The position numbers and the translations under genes were made by a program. A stretch of 64,000 nt of DNA from a virus: positions 42,487 to 106,486 of IMG/VR virus record IMGVR_UViG_3300036760_000327. The stretch is one strand, 5' to 3'. The notes beneath the pieces were generated by a model. It was not told where the DNA came from, did not search any database, and was given only the letters and a program-made list of their open reading frames with translations. Within the stretch, counting starts at the first letter, position 1. Each line of letters opens with the position of its first letter. Shown here one piece after another: positions 9,850 to 18,690 of the stretch.

Positions 9850-12017
9850 ATTAATACCTCTAAGTATTTTTTAATCATAATTTCGGCTGTATAAGTATCC
9901 TGTATTTTTTTTAATAATCCTTTTCTTATTGACTGTATAAATTCTTTGTCCTCTAATTGTACTTCAAAGATATATCGCAAATCATCTATTGTGTCAAATC
10001 CAAAAACTAAATCTTCTCCAAACATTTCGGGAACTACGTTACATTTTTTATTATAAATTATTGGACATTGACAAGCTGCTGCCTCGAGCGCTGTATTACT
10101 ACATCCTTCATGTTCGCTAAGAAACAACATAGCATCTGTTGATCTATATAAATTTACTAATTGTTTTGGCGCTTTAACCGGCCCATAATACATAATATTA
10201 GGTAATTGTGAAAATAATTCCATTGTTTTAGCCGTATCTAAACTAAAATAATTACCCACTAAATGAAAATCTATATTAGGATATTGTTTAGCAATTCCTT
10301 CAATTAAATCAGCACGTTTGTGTGGAAATATACTCCAAGAATTTATTAAGATTTTTGTTTTATTACCTGGCAAAGAAATATGTGGTCCACTGGTATTAAA
10401 AATTTCTGTATCCACGCCATTATAAATTACTACACTTTTCTTCGTAGTATCTACATAAGGCTCCCATACTTTCTTTGCAAATTCGGATTGCCATACAATT
10501 AAATCTGCTAGTTCATAATTATCCTTCATTACTTTCAGTGCACATTCTTGTATCTCTCCTGGTTTCTGCCCAGAGTTATCTCCGAGGTACGAGACAAAGG
10601 GTAAACCATCCATTCGTTCTATAAATTTTATGCTTGGATCTCGCTTTTTGGCCGCTTGCAGAATTTCAGCATTTAAAAATGCTATCGAAAGTATATATTT
10701 AACTGCTGGTGAATCTTGATCCACAATCTTATATTTATTATTGGTTAATCTAGGTATATATTTTTTTAATGTATTTCCAAAAGTTCCAGGACCACCGTCT
10801 GAGATTGCTGTTAATATTCCGATACTATTATCTATTTCTTTATAATTTCCCATAATGGCATCACGATATAATGGATACCTTATTTTAATATCATAATTTT
10901 CTTCAATATCTTCTCTGGCCTGTAATCCGATTTTCGTGGATTCTATAGGATTTGCTTTACAATACAATATCTTATCCAGAAACTCATCTGCCGAACGAAC
11001 AATAAATCCAGTTTTTCCATCTTGAATTGCTTCAGTATATGATCGACTAGGAGAAGAAATAATCGGTATTTTAGCCGCTCCGGCCATTGTATATTTTACT
11101 GCACTTTTAGAATCGAGCCATGTACTTTGCCACATGGGCGGCACGAGATAATCAATATCTTTATTACTAACAGGATTAATTATAAGATTCACTGATTTGC
11201 ATAAACGGTAATAATCTTCGATAGATAGCCAATCTATATAGGTTTTATATAAATTTCTAAATCCATTAATAAGTGTGCGCATCTGGGCCACGCCATTAGC
11301 ATTTATAATCCATTCAATATCTTTAAATTCTTCCCATCGTGCATTGGCCTTCTCGCACATTTCAAATAATAAAGTTGCTCCAACTCTACCGCTACTGGTC
11401 ATTAAAACTTTATATTTAGAAATTTGACTAATCCAATCTAATTTTGGCAGGTAATCAAAGATCGGTAAATTAATATGTGTAGGTACATGAATAACTGGCA
11501 CAGCAAAATTAGATAATTTTTTAAAGAAATCCTTTAATTCAGAAGTAGCCACAATAACAGCATCACACATATTTGCAATTTGTATTGGAGCGTTCTGATT
11601 AGCATTAACCAGAAAATCATCAATATAATAAACTATTCTTACGCCAAGTTGTTGTAAATGTTTAACAATTCTTGTTACATTATTAAGACCAATTTCCTGA
11701 CCAAATTCAGAATTTGTACCAACTCTTACCAAGACAACCCATTTAGGCACAAATTGAATGATTTCTTGCATGCCTTTTTGTAATGTAAATACAATTTGAT
11801 ATCCTTCTTTTTCAAAGAATGGCACATATTCTTTAACAATTTTGTCGATACAACAGTCACTTTTAGGGCCCACGAAGCAAATGGTCTTATCTGTGATTTT
11901 GATATCTCGTGCAGCCATTACTTGAGGCGGGGCTGTCAGATTAACCTTACATACTGGCAACTTAACATTATTTGCCCAATAAGGTCTAGCTATTTTGCGT
12001 CGTCTATGTTCTCCCAT
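9846..12017 (-). CDS. tandem two-module GT-B (GT4-like) glycosyltransferase
   Basis: Two GT-B C-terminal motifs: 'KSAVKYTMAGAAKIPIISS...GKTGF' and 'EGCSNTALEAAACQCPII'. Confidence 0.8.
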   Translation of the reverse strand: MGEHRRRKIARPYWANNVKLPVCKVNLTAPPQVMAARDIKITDKTICFVGPKSDCCIDKIVKEYVPFFEKEGYQIVFTLQKGMQEIIQFVPKWVVLVRVGTNSEFGQEIGLNNVTRIVKHLQQLGVRIVYYIDDFLVNANQNAPIQIANMCDAVIVATSELKDFFKKLSNFAVPVIHVPTHINLPIFDYLPKLDWISQISKYKVLMTSSGRVGATLLFEMCEKANARWEEFKDIEWIINANGVAQMRTLINGFRNLYKTYIDWLSIEDYYRLCKSVNLIINPVSNKDIDYLVPPMWQSTWLDSKSAVKYTMAGAAKIPIISSPSRSYTEAIQDGKTGFIVRSADEFLDKILYCKANPIESTKIGLQAREDIEENYDIKIRYPLYRDAIMGNYKEIDNSIGILTAISDGGPGTFGNTLKKYIPRLTNNKYKIVDQDSPAVKYILSIAFLNAEILQAAKKRDPSIKFIERMDGLPFVSYLGDNSGQKPGEIQECALKVMKDNYELADLIVWQSEFAKKVWEPYVDTTKKSVVIYNGVDTEIFNTSGPHISLPGNKTKILINSWSIFPHKRADLIEGIAKQYPNIDFHLVGNYFSLDTAKTMELFSQLPNIMYYGPVKAPKQLVNLYRSTDAMLFLSEHEGCSNTALEAAACQCPIIYNKKCNVVPEMFGEDLVFGFDTIDDLRYIFEVQLEDKEFIQSIRKGLLKKIQDTYTAEIMIKKYLEVLI

Positions 12018-12028
12018 CTTATCTCCAG

Positions 12029-13180
12029 TTAAATATCGTTGATCCCATTAACAACTACCAGATTTTGTATTCTTTCGGCTTCTTCAAAATTCCACACTTT
12101 ATCTTCGTATCCAGGCACTTTAAGATTAGTGCCCTTCAATTTATTATACATTTCATAAAAAATAGCCGCGTGTTCTGCTATATAAGTATTGATATTATGG
12201 TGTTCTAATACATAATAATATGCTCGTTTTGCCATTGCCTCTCTTTTCTCTTTATTTTCAATAAGATATGAAATAGCACTAATCCAATCTTCTGATGCAT
12301 TACTCTTTGGAATAACTGCGCATTTCTTCTCGTCCCAACCAAGATAAGGCAATACGGGAGATAATATCATTGGTATCCCCAAAATTGCATATTCTAGAGC
12401 TTTTCTATTTGTTTTACCCCAATTAAAGGCATTATCTTGTAATGGCGCTATTCCGATATCCATATCCAATGATGCTAGTGCAGGATAGAAAGCATCTACC
12501 GGAACAAAATTATAGTACTCGTACTTATTTTTAGGCAAAGTAGCAATTGATGGCGGCAGCCATCCCATCATAATCCATTTGACTTGCGGATAATGTTTAG
12601 TAATTTTAGGAACTACATCCTTAATTATATCGGCATCTGGCTTATGATGTGGGGTTAAATGCCATCCAATTCTCAAAGTATTCTCGTCGTTTTTATCCCT
12701 TCCTGGACTTACAAATTCATTTAAATGAGATTCAACTAAATTTCGCTCTACAAACACGTTTTGATTAAATTTTAAAGCAAGTTTTTTTAAATAAGGCGTA
12801 GAAGTCGTAAGAAAATCAACCTCTTTAAGAACTTGTTCATATCGCGCAAGAACTTGTGGTGTATAAACAGATTTGGCTGGATTATCTGTGGGTAAATGCC
12901 ATACATCGTCATCTACATTACTGCCAAGTATAATTTCTTTTTGTTTGATTTTTCGTATATACATAATAATTTCAGGAACATACTGACGCTGCATCATAAA
13001 AATATCTGCATTCTCGGCTAGCGCTTGATCTAAAGTATAAATTAATTTTCCCTGAAGCAAATTAAACTTATGAAAGTATTGCAATGGTAAGAATTGAACG
13101 TGGTAGTTCTAATTAGGGCCAGAATTATCAGCTCCCACAAATAGAACTTTTAATAATTTTTTCTGGTCCATCATTGGCAT
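12029..13180 (-). CDS. GT-B glycosyltransferase with an in-frame TAG near the N-terminus (possible pseudogene, readthrough or internal restart)
   Basis: 'DIGIAPL..NAFNWGKTNRKALEYAILGIP'; RBS AAGGAG and ATG at 13180 give MPMMDQKKLLKVLFVGADNSGPN*NYHVQFLP, in frame with the called ORF; TAG at 13109-13111. Confidence 0.7.
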
Positions 13181-13265
13181 CACTCTCCTTTTGATAAGGA
13201 CAAATTCCTTTATTATATTAATTAGTTATAATTTATTGGATTAACCAGGTAATATTACGAGGGCC

Positions 13266-13313
13266 TCTATATATATTAATAGTAAAATGAGCTTATTTGT
13301 GACAAAATATTTT
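13266..13313 (-). promoter_or_regulatory. putative late promoter, copy 2
   Basis: 43/48 nt identical to 63584-63631; lies upstream of the glycosylation cluster. Confidence 0.65.
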
Positions 13314-13354
13314 ATGCCCGCCAACCAAAAATTGCTTAATTGATCAACGGGCAT
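13313..13354 (-). terminator. stem-loop between structural block and glycosylation cluster
   Basis: TATGCCCG...CGGGCATA inverted repeat, extendable with G-U pairs; no clean U-tract. Confidence 0.4.
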
Positions 13355-13416
13355 ATTTTATATTGTTCTGATTTAAGGTAGGACTTTAAGGTAGGTGTTT
13401 AAAATTGTTAAGAAGT

Positions 13417-13794
13417 TTACTTCCTCCCGTAACCAACGAATCTTACAGTAAATGCTGAAAGATTTGTTCCATTAGGAATTTCTACTGCCATTTGAGATGC
13501 CGGACCTCCAGATGTGTCTCCCAAAGCCATAACTTTAGCGTTGTTATAATCATATTGAGCAATAAAAGATTGCCCAAGATTAGTTGCACCAGCACTTGGT
13601 TCAACACTAAATGAAATGAATAGAATCTCTTCGAGATCAATATCCGAAGCTGCTAAAGACTCGCCGCCAGACGCGTAAGAAGAATCCATGGTAAATTCAC
13701 CAATGACCATAGATAAATCTGAAAAAGTCTTTGATCTAACCGGTCTTACACTACCACCAGGACTATATCCTGTTTTAGAAAAAGTAAGTGCCAT
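13417..13794 (-). CDS. putative virion structural/decoration protein
   Basis: Strong RBS; beta-rich; 'DSSYASGGESL' resembles motifs in phage virion proteins. Confidence 0.45.
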   Translation of the reverse strand: MALTFSKTGYSPGGSVRPVRSKTFSDLSMVIGEFTMDSSYASGGESLAASDIDLEEILFISFSVEPSAGATNLGQSFIAQYDYNNAKVMALGDTSGGPASQMAVEIPNGTNLSAFTVRFVGYGRK

Positions 13795-13872
13795 TAAAAT
13801 CGCCTCCTTTCTATTGTAATATTTTATCCAGAATACCTCTGGAAAGGAGATCTAATGATCCCCTTAGTTCAA

Positions 13873-14064
13873 TTACTTATAAATCGCTCCAGAGCCCATT
13901 TCTTTGCCTTTATGTTCTCCTCGCTCACTCCGTTCCCGCATATCTTTAAGTTTATTCTTCGCATTCTTGAGATCAGGAGCTGCAGGTACCCAATCGGGAA
14001 TCCAGTCTATTATATTTTCTAAAGTGCTTTTCTTTTTTGAAATTTCGTTATATGTTTCTTCCAT
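13873..14064 (-). CDS. hypothetical protein
   Basis: RBS AAGGAG; in operon order. Confidence 0.5.
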   Translation of the reverse strand: MEETYNEISKKKSTLENIIDWIPDWVPAAPDLKNAKNKLKDMRERSERGEHKGKEMGSGAIYK

Positions 14065-14068
14065 ATTA

Positions 14069-14371
14069 TTACTCCTTGGTTAAAATACGGTCAATAATTT
14101 TATACATAAAATCAAAAAGTATGGATTGTGTAGAAGTCATATAATCCAAGAAATCACTTAGACATATTGAATTATTATTTGTTTTCTTGGCAATCATATT
14201 AGAAAGAATGGTTTCTTTGGAGTTCTGCAAGCCAAGATTAAATTTTTTCAATGGACTTGTCCAATTAGGATCACGTATACTACCCCAATCATTAGTCCTA
14301 TCTATTTCAACTTCATCCTGATCAACAGGCAATATTCCAAAAACCTCTTCTATGGTTAGTTTATCTTTCAT
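14069..14371 (-). CDS. hypothetical protein
   Basis: RBS GAGG; in operon order. Confidence 0.5.
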   Translation of the reverse strand: MKDKLTIEEVFGILPVDQDEVEIDRTNDWGSIRDPNWTSPLKKFNLGLQNSKETILSNMIAKKTNNNSICLSDFLDYMTSTQSILFDFMYKIIDRILTKE

Positions 14372-14411
14372 ATTTCCTCTTAATTAAAAAATTTCTAAAT
14401 CAGGAATATTA

Positions 14412-15284
14412 TTATGAATATTGTTTGCCAATTATATAAATTACTTTTCCCTCTATGGCATCAAATCCAATTATTGTAACACTCTGACCTGGAATGGTTA
14501 TACTGGCTGGTAATCCTGTAATAATATAAGATCCAGGATTAGCAGAAAGAATATAGTTTACAATTACACCGATATCAATTCCAGTAACTATATAGATTCC
14601 TGGTTCAACATTCAATAATCTATCTGTAATAAGACCAGCATTTACTCCCGTAACAGCATAAATACCATTTTCAGCATTAAGAATTCGGGTTGCATGTAAC
14701 CCTGCTTCTGTTCCAATTACCAAATAACTACCCGAATCGGCTGTAAGTACATATGCTCCAACACCTGAATAAACTAAATCAGCAACAGATCCAGTTAAAT
14801 TATAACTTCCCACTTCAGCGTTGAGCAATCTATCAGCAAGAATTTGAGCAGTTGCTCCCGTCACAAGGTAACTTCCTATATCTGCCGAGATAAGTCTCTG
14901 GGCAAGCAAGACCGCATCTGCACCCGTAATTGTGTAAACACCACCATCTGCTGAAATGAAATATCCACGAGCAAGCACGGCATCTGCACCCGTAATTGCA
15001 TAAACACCACTATTTACCGAGATAAGTCTCTGGGCAAGCAAGCCGGCATCTACTCCAGTTAATACATAACTGTCTGACAATGCCGCTATAATTCGATCAG
15101 CTAATACACCTGAAGCTATCCCAGATACGGCATAGGAACCTGGATCGACAGATAAAAAATAACTTCCCGCCGCTGCCGGCCAAATAATCAAGCCATTTTC
15201 GGTTAATAATCCACTCCAAACGAATCTACCAAATTCGTCTATTAAGTATCCCGTTAAAACAATTCTTCCATCTTCTACGATCAT
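14412..15284 (-). CDS. virion protein with about 10 tandem 22-aa repeats
   Basis: Repeat consensus (S/N)AxxGxYxxTGxxAxlxaxRll; DNA repeats at 66- and 132-bp spacing. Confidence 0.65.
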   Translation of the reverse strand: MIVEDGRIVLTGYLIDEFGRFVWSGLLTENGLIIWPAAAGSYFLSVDPGSYAVSGIASGVLADRIIAALSDSYVLTGVDAGLLAQRLISVNSGVYAITGADAVLARGYFISADGGVYTITGADAVLLAQRLISADIGSYLVTGATAQILADRLLNAEVGSYNLTGSVADLVYSGVGAYVLTADSGSYLVIGTEAGLHATRILNAENGIYAVTGVNAGLITDRLLNVEPGIYIVTGIDIGVIVNYILSANPGSYIITGLPASITIPGQSVTIIGFDAIEGKVIYIIGKQYS

Positions 15285-15574
15285 GCTGACGTCACTATTC
15301 CATCGTAGCCGATCAGTTTCGCAAGCGAAGCATGAGTATTTTTTACCCTGAGATAACGGGTGTTATTAAGATGGAAAGCATAATAAGCCATAGCTCCTGC
15401 ACCCTGCTCAGTTGTAAAAACAAGGCTATTTGTTCCATCATAAAGTTCAACCGTGATATCATATTCGTGGTAAATGTTATGAATAACCCATTCCACTCCC
15501 GCCCCAGGCTGTATTGTTAAATAACCTGCTGAGGCTACTGAAGTAAGTGCAGAAATAACATCTCCTCTTGCCAT
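15281..15574 (-). CDS. putative virion protein
   Basis: RBS GGAGG; small beta-rich protein in the structural block. Confidence 0.5.
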   Translation of the reverse strand: MARGDVISALTSVASAGYLTIQPGAGVEWVIHNIYHEYDITVELYDGTNSLVFTTEQGAGAMAYYAFHLNNTRYLRVKNTHASLAKLIGYDGIVTSA

Positions 15575-15583
15575 ATTAACCTC

Positions 15584-16624
15584 CTATACTTTCAATTTTC
15601 TCGTAAACCTTACCCCATCATCAAAAGAATCTACCAATAATGCCATCTGAACTCTTCTTAACGTATCCTGAGTCCATGCGCCTGCATCTGTTCGAGATGT
15701 TTGATAACACTTCTGCCCAAGAGAATAGGAATTCATCTGACCAGCAAGATCAACGGCAAAGTAAGATAAACCTATACTTGTAACTGTATTAGGGACTACC
15801 GTCATCCTATACCAGGTATCCTTCAATAAATTAACTGGAGTAGCAAAATAAGCCCAACATAAACCAACTGCCGTTCCAATTCTTTGGGCAAGGAGTAATT
15901 GTTTTGAAGCTAAGACAGTGGTTCCGTCTGAATCATACAGAGTGAACGTAGCAGATTCGTCGAGATCACTATAAGCAACTATCCCCACTGCCCTACAAGG
16001 AAAGGGAATTTGAAAATAGTTTCCATATTCATCTGGAGACGATCCTGAATTGTAAGTGTAATAAGATAGAGTAGACATTGGATGAGTAAAACCAGAGGAA
16101 TAAGAGCCATCAGAATATTCGAGGGCTACATTGATTAAATTGGCACTTTTAGCCCACGCAGCTGTATATAAATCTGTATACACATTATAGTGGTTAGTCC
16201 CAATCCCTGTCCCACCTGCTGAAATATTTAAGTTCCCTGCTACCCAAGCATTAAACTCAATGACGATAGCTATTGGGTCATTTTTTGTAACTGAGGCTCC
16301 AGCAACAAGGGTAACAAGAAACCATGTATTATCATTGGTATCTGCAACAACCAGTGTCTGGTAAGCGTTTCCACTCGCAAGTATTGTTCCGTCAGGATTG
16401 CCTGAAGCATTAACACCCTGAAGAGATATTTTTAAAGTATCTCCTGTGGTGACTGTTCCAGTTCTAAATCCAACCTTTGAAATTGTTCCTGTCTTGGGGG
16501 CGTAGGTTATGAATGCCGCTTTTTCAGCAGCAGCATCTATAAGCAGAGAACTCCAATAATAACTATGACAATAATCTATCAAACCAGGAATTAGTATGGG
16601 CGGATTAATTGCTTGTAACGTCAT
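15584..16624 (-). CDS. putative virion/fibre-associated beta-sandwich protein
   Basis: Thr/Gly/Ala-rich with two similar beta domains; structural context. Confidence 0.5.
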   Translation of the reverse strand: MTLQAINPPILIPGLIDYCHSYYWSSLLIDAAAEKAAFITYAPKTGTISKVGFRTGTVTTGDTLKISLQGVNASGNPDGTILASGNAYQTLVVADTNDNTWFLVTLVAGASVTKNDPIAIVIEFNAWVAGNLNISAGGTGIGTNHYNVYTDLYTAAWAKSANLINVALEYSDGSYSSGFTHPMSTLSYYTYNSGSSPDEYGNYFQIPFPCRAVGIVAYSDLDESATFTLYDSDGTTVLASKQLLLAQRIGTAVGLCWAYFATPVNLLKDTWYRMTVVPNTVTSIGLSYFAVDLAGQMNSYSLGQKCYQTSRTDAGAWTQDTLRRVQMALLVDSFDDGVRFTRKLKV

Positions 16625-16866
16625 ACCTTAAACACCGTCCCTTCGATCAAAGTTTTTAAATTCGAGAGTGACACTAAAGGATTCTCAACAATTATTTTTC
16701 TCATCTGCCCAAATAATAACTGCTCTACTTCATCAAGAGAATCAGGAACCAAAGCTTCCCTTAGTTCCTGAATCGTTGTAACTTTGGTCATGGTTTTTGT
16801 GCCCGATGTATAGGTTAATATTACATGAGAACACGGAAGCTTATTAATTTTTACTGTGACGTCCAT
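16621..16866 (-). CDS. hypothetical protein
   Basis: ORF coupled to the next gene by an ATGA overlap. Confidence 0.5.
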   Translation of the reverse strand: MDVTVKINKLPCSHVILTYTSGTKTMTKVTTIQELREALVPDSLDEVEQLLFGQMRKIIVENPLVSLSNLKTLIEGTVFKV

Positions 16867-16924
16867 ATCTATTTCCCTACTTTGATAATCTCAAATTTCC
16901 TGGGAGTGTAGCCGCCGATATTTT

Positions 16925-17242
16925 TTATCTCATTTCTTTTCCACTAACCCCCAATTTTCCAGCATCCATAGAAAGTTCAAAGTGTCTGCATTGACAAATC
17001 CGACATTTGAAAATCGTAAGATCGGGTTTATCACTCGGTTGAAGTTCAAGATTTTCGGGATTTTTACAACAGTCCTTCCGTTTATCATCTTGTTCTTTTG
17101 CCAAAACCTCTAACTCATGGGTGATCTCTATGATTGGATCATTATTATGATCCCCTTCTTCAGTTGAAATAAACCAATTATCATTTAGAATAGAAAGCAA
17201 TCTTCCCATGAGTTCGGCTGAAATATTGTATGTCTTAATCAT
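16925..17242 (-). CDS. hypothetical Cys-containing protein
   Basis: 'DCCKNPENL...CRICQCRHFE'; start MIKTY after AAGGGG. Confidence 0.5.
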   Translation of the reverse strand: MIKTYNISAELMGRLLSILNDNWFISTEEGDHNNDPIIEITHELEVLAKEQDDKRKDCCKNPENLELQPSDKPDLTIFKCRICQCRHFELSMDAGKLGVSGKEMR

Positions 17243-17252
17243 TTTGACCCCC

Positions 17253-17723
17253 TTATGCAAGTTGTTTACGTGGACGTGGGCCGATAAGTGGCCCATGTGC
17301 CCTATATTTTCGCATATAACAAGTCTGACATAGTCCCATTCCAGCTATTCTTTTGTCTGGATGGCATGTTGCAGTCCAATGGATTCCTCGGGGAGCACGA
17401 TGTGAAGTCATCTTTTTCCATTGTTCAATAATAAATCGAATCTTTTCCCTTCTTCTTTCACCCAAAAATTGATATAATGTCATCATCCATCCAATGGCTC
17501 GTGATCCATAAATCCCGCATTTCCATGTTGGTTTATGGTTTTTTCTTTTCCAATAGTAAGGCTTTTCTGGACTTTTTACTCCCAACAAAAAGGCTGCACG
17601 GATTACAATATCACAATCTGTCATCTGCAAGCCTATGACGGGCCACTTTTTGTCTTTTAGACCGAACCAACCTTCACCCTCTAAAAGACCAGCTAACCAT
17701 GCAATGTCCATTATACGTTTCAT
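17253..17723 (-). CDS. free-standing LAGLIDADG homing endonuclease with C-terminal Cys/His motif
   Basis: 'IAWLAGLLEGEG', 'MTDCDIV'; no intron core seen in the flanks. Confidence 0.8.
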   Translation of the reverse strand: MKRIMDIAWLAGLLEGEGWFGLKDKKWPVIGLQMTDCDIVIRAAFLLGVKSPEKPYYWKRKNHKPTWKCGIYGSRAIGWMMTLYQFLGERRREKIRFIIEQWKKMTSHRAPRGIHWTATCHPDKRIAGMGLCQTCYMRKYRAHGPLIGPRPRKQLA

Positions 17724-17727
17724 AGGT

Positions 17728-18162
17728 TTATGTCAAAGTCAGTATCGTTCCCGTTGTCTCTGATCCATCGAACTTGACCGAAAATGTCTCACCGACCTGT
17801 AAGGTTAAGGACGAACCATAATCCCACCAGCTAACAAGAGGATCAGCAGGGCTAGTCTGAGTATCGTTATAAAGAACAACATACCGAAAAGCTGCCATTG
17901 CTGCTGTATCGCATGTCCAAACTATTTTTGTTCCTGTTGCCGTTCCAGTTCCTCCCGTTTCAGCCCATGTAAGTTGTGCATCCTCACCACCTGCCGTATA
18001 TCCATTGCCAGAAGCAACCTCGGTTAAATCGGCCTTGACGGAATTCGTTGCGGACGGCGCTGGAGTATTAACTAACATACATTTAAATACGGCTGTTCCA
18101 AGTACATGCTTACCTTGACCTAATTGATCAACAAAATCAAAAAATTTCTGATATGTAGCCAT
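17728..18162 (-). CDS. putative virion structural protein
   Basis: 'GNGYTAGG', 'FRYVVLYNDT', 'WDYGSS'; strong RBS. Confidence 0.6.
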   Translation of the reverse strand: MATYQKFFDFVDQLGQGKHVLGTAVFKCMLVNTPAPSATNSVKADLTEVASGNGYTAGGEDAQLTWAETGGTGTATGTKIVWTCDTAAMAAFRYVVLYNDTQTSPADPLVSWWDYGSSLTLQVGETFSVKFDGSETTGTILTLT

Positions 18163-18209
18163 TTTTCTCTCCTCTTTTCTCTCCTTAAATAAATTTTATT
18201 TTGTTCAAA

Positions 18210-18434
18210 TTAAAACACATCATGAAAATAATTATAATCTAAACTTGCTCTATTATTCCAATCAGTTATATAACTTTCATTAGCGCTTCCTCTATAATAT
18301 CTTGCAGTGGTATCCGTCATTGCTAATATGTAATAATTTCCAGTCTCGTCCAGAAAACCATAATATTTTGTAGTTCCAGACGCGTCTAAATCAGATATTG
18401 CATATCCATCTTTAATAAAGAATTGTTTACTCAT
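18210..18434 (-). CDS. hypothetical protein
   Basis: ORF in operon order. Confidence 0.5.
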   Translation of the reverse strand: MSKQFFIKDGYAISDLDASGTTKYYGFLDETGNYYILAMTDTTARYYRGSANESYITDWNNRASLDYNYFHDVF

Positions 18435-18440
18435 ATAGTA

Positions 18441-18689
18441 TTACCTATGTCCTGCTACTAGCCAACCTATTATGGCAATTATTATACTTGCAAGAAACCC
18501 CGCCATTGCTCCCCATACAGAAGCTTTGCCCTTAATTGTGCTAACGTCTTCAATAGATTTCATTTTAAATGTATCTAAATCACCGGATATTTTATTTAAA
18601 ACCACCAGTATCTCTTGATGTGCTATATCATTTTGGGCCAGCTTCGTGTCGATACAGCCTAGCCGATACTCTAGAGATTCATTTGTCAT
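18441..18689 (-). CDS. small coiled-coil protein with C-terminal TM helix
   Basis: C-terminal 'WGAMAGFLASIIIAIIGWLV'. Confidence 0.5.
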   Translation of the reverse strand: MTNESLEYRLGCIDTKLAQNDIAHQEILVVLNKISGDLDTFKMKSIEDVSTIKGKASVWGAMAGFLASIIIAIIGWLVAGHR

Positions 18690-18690
18690 A

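Noticed and set aside
13372-13395. Short direct repeat TTTAAGGTAGG x2
   Set aside because: Only two 11-bp copies with no further context; not enough to assign a function
17253-17723. Possible intron surrounding this LAGLIDADG gene
   Set aside because: The flanking genes are complete with their own start and stop, and no P7-type core sequences were seen
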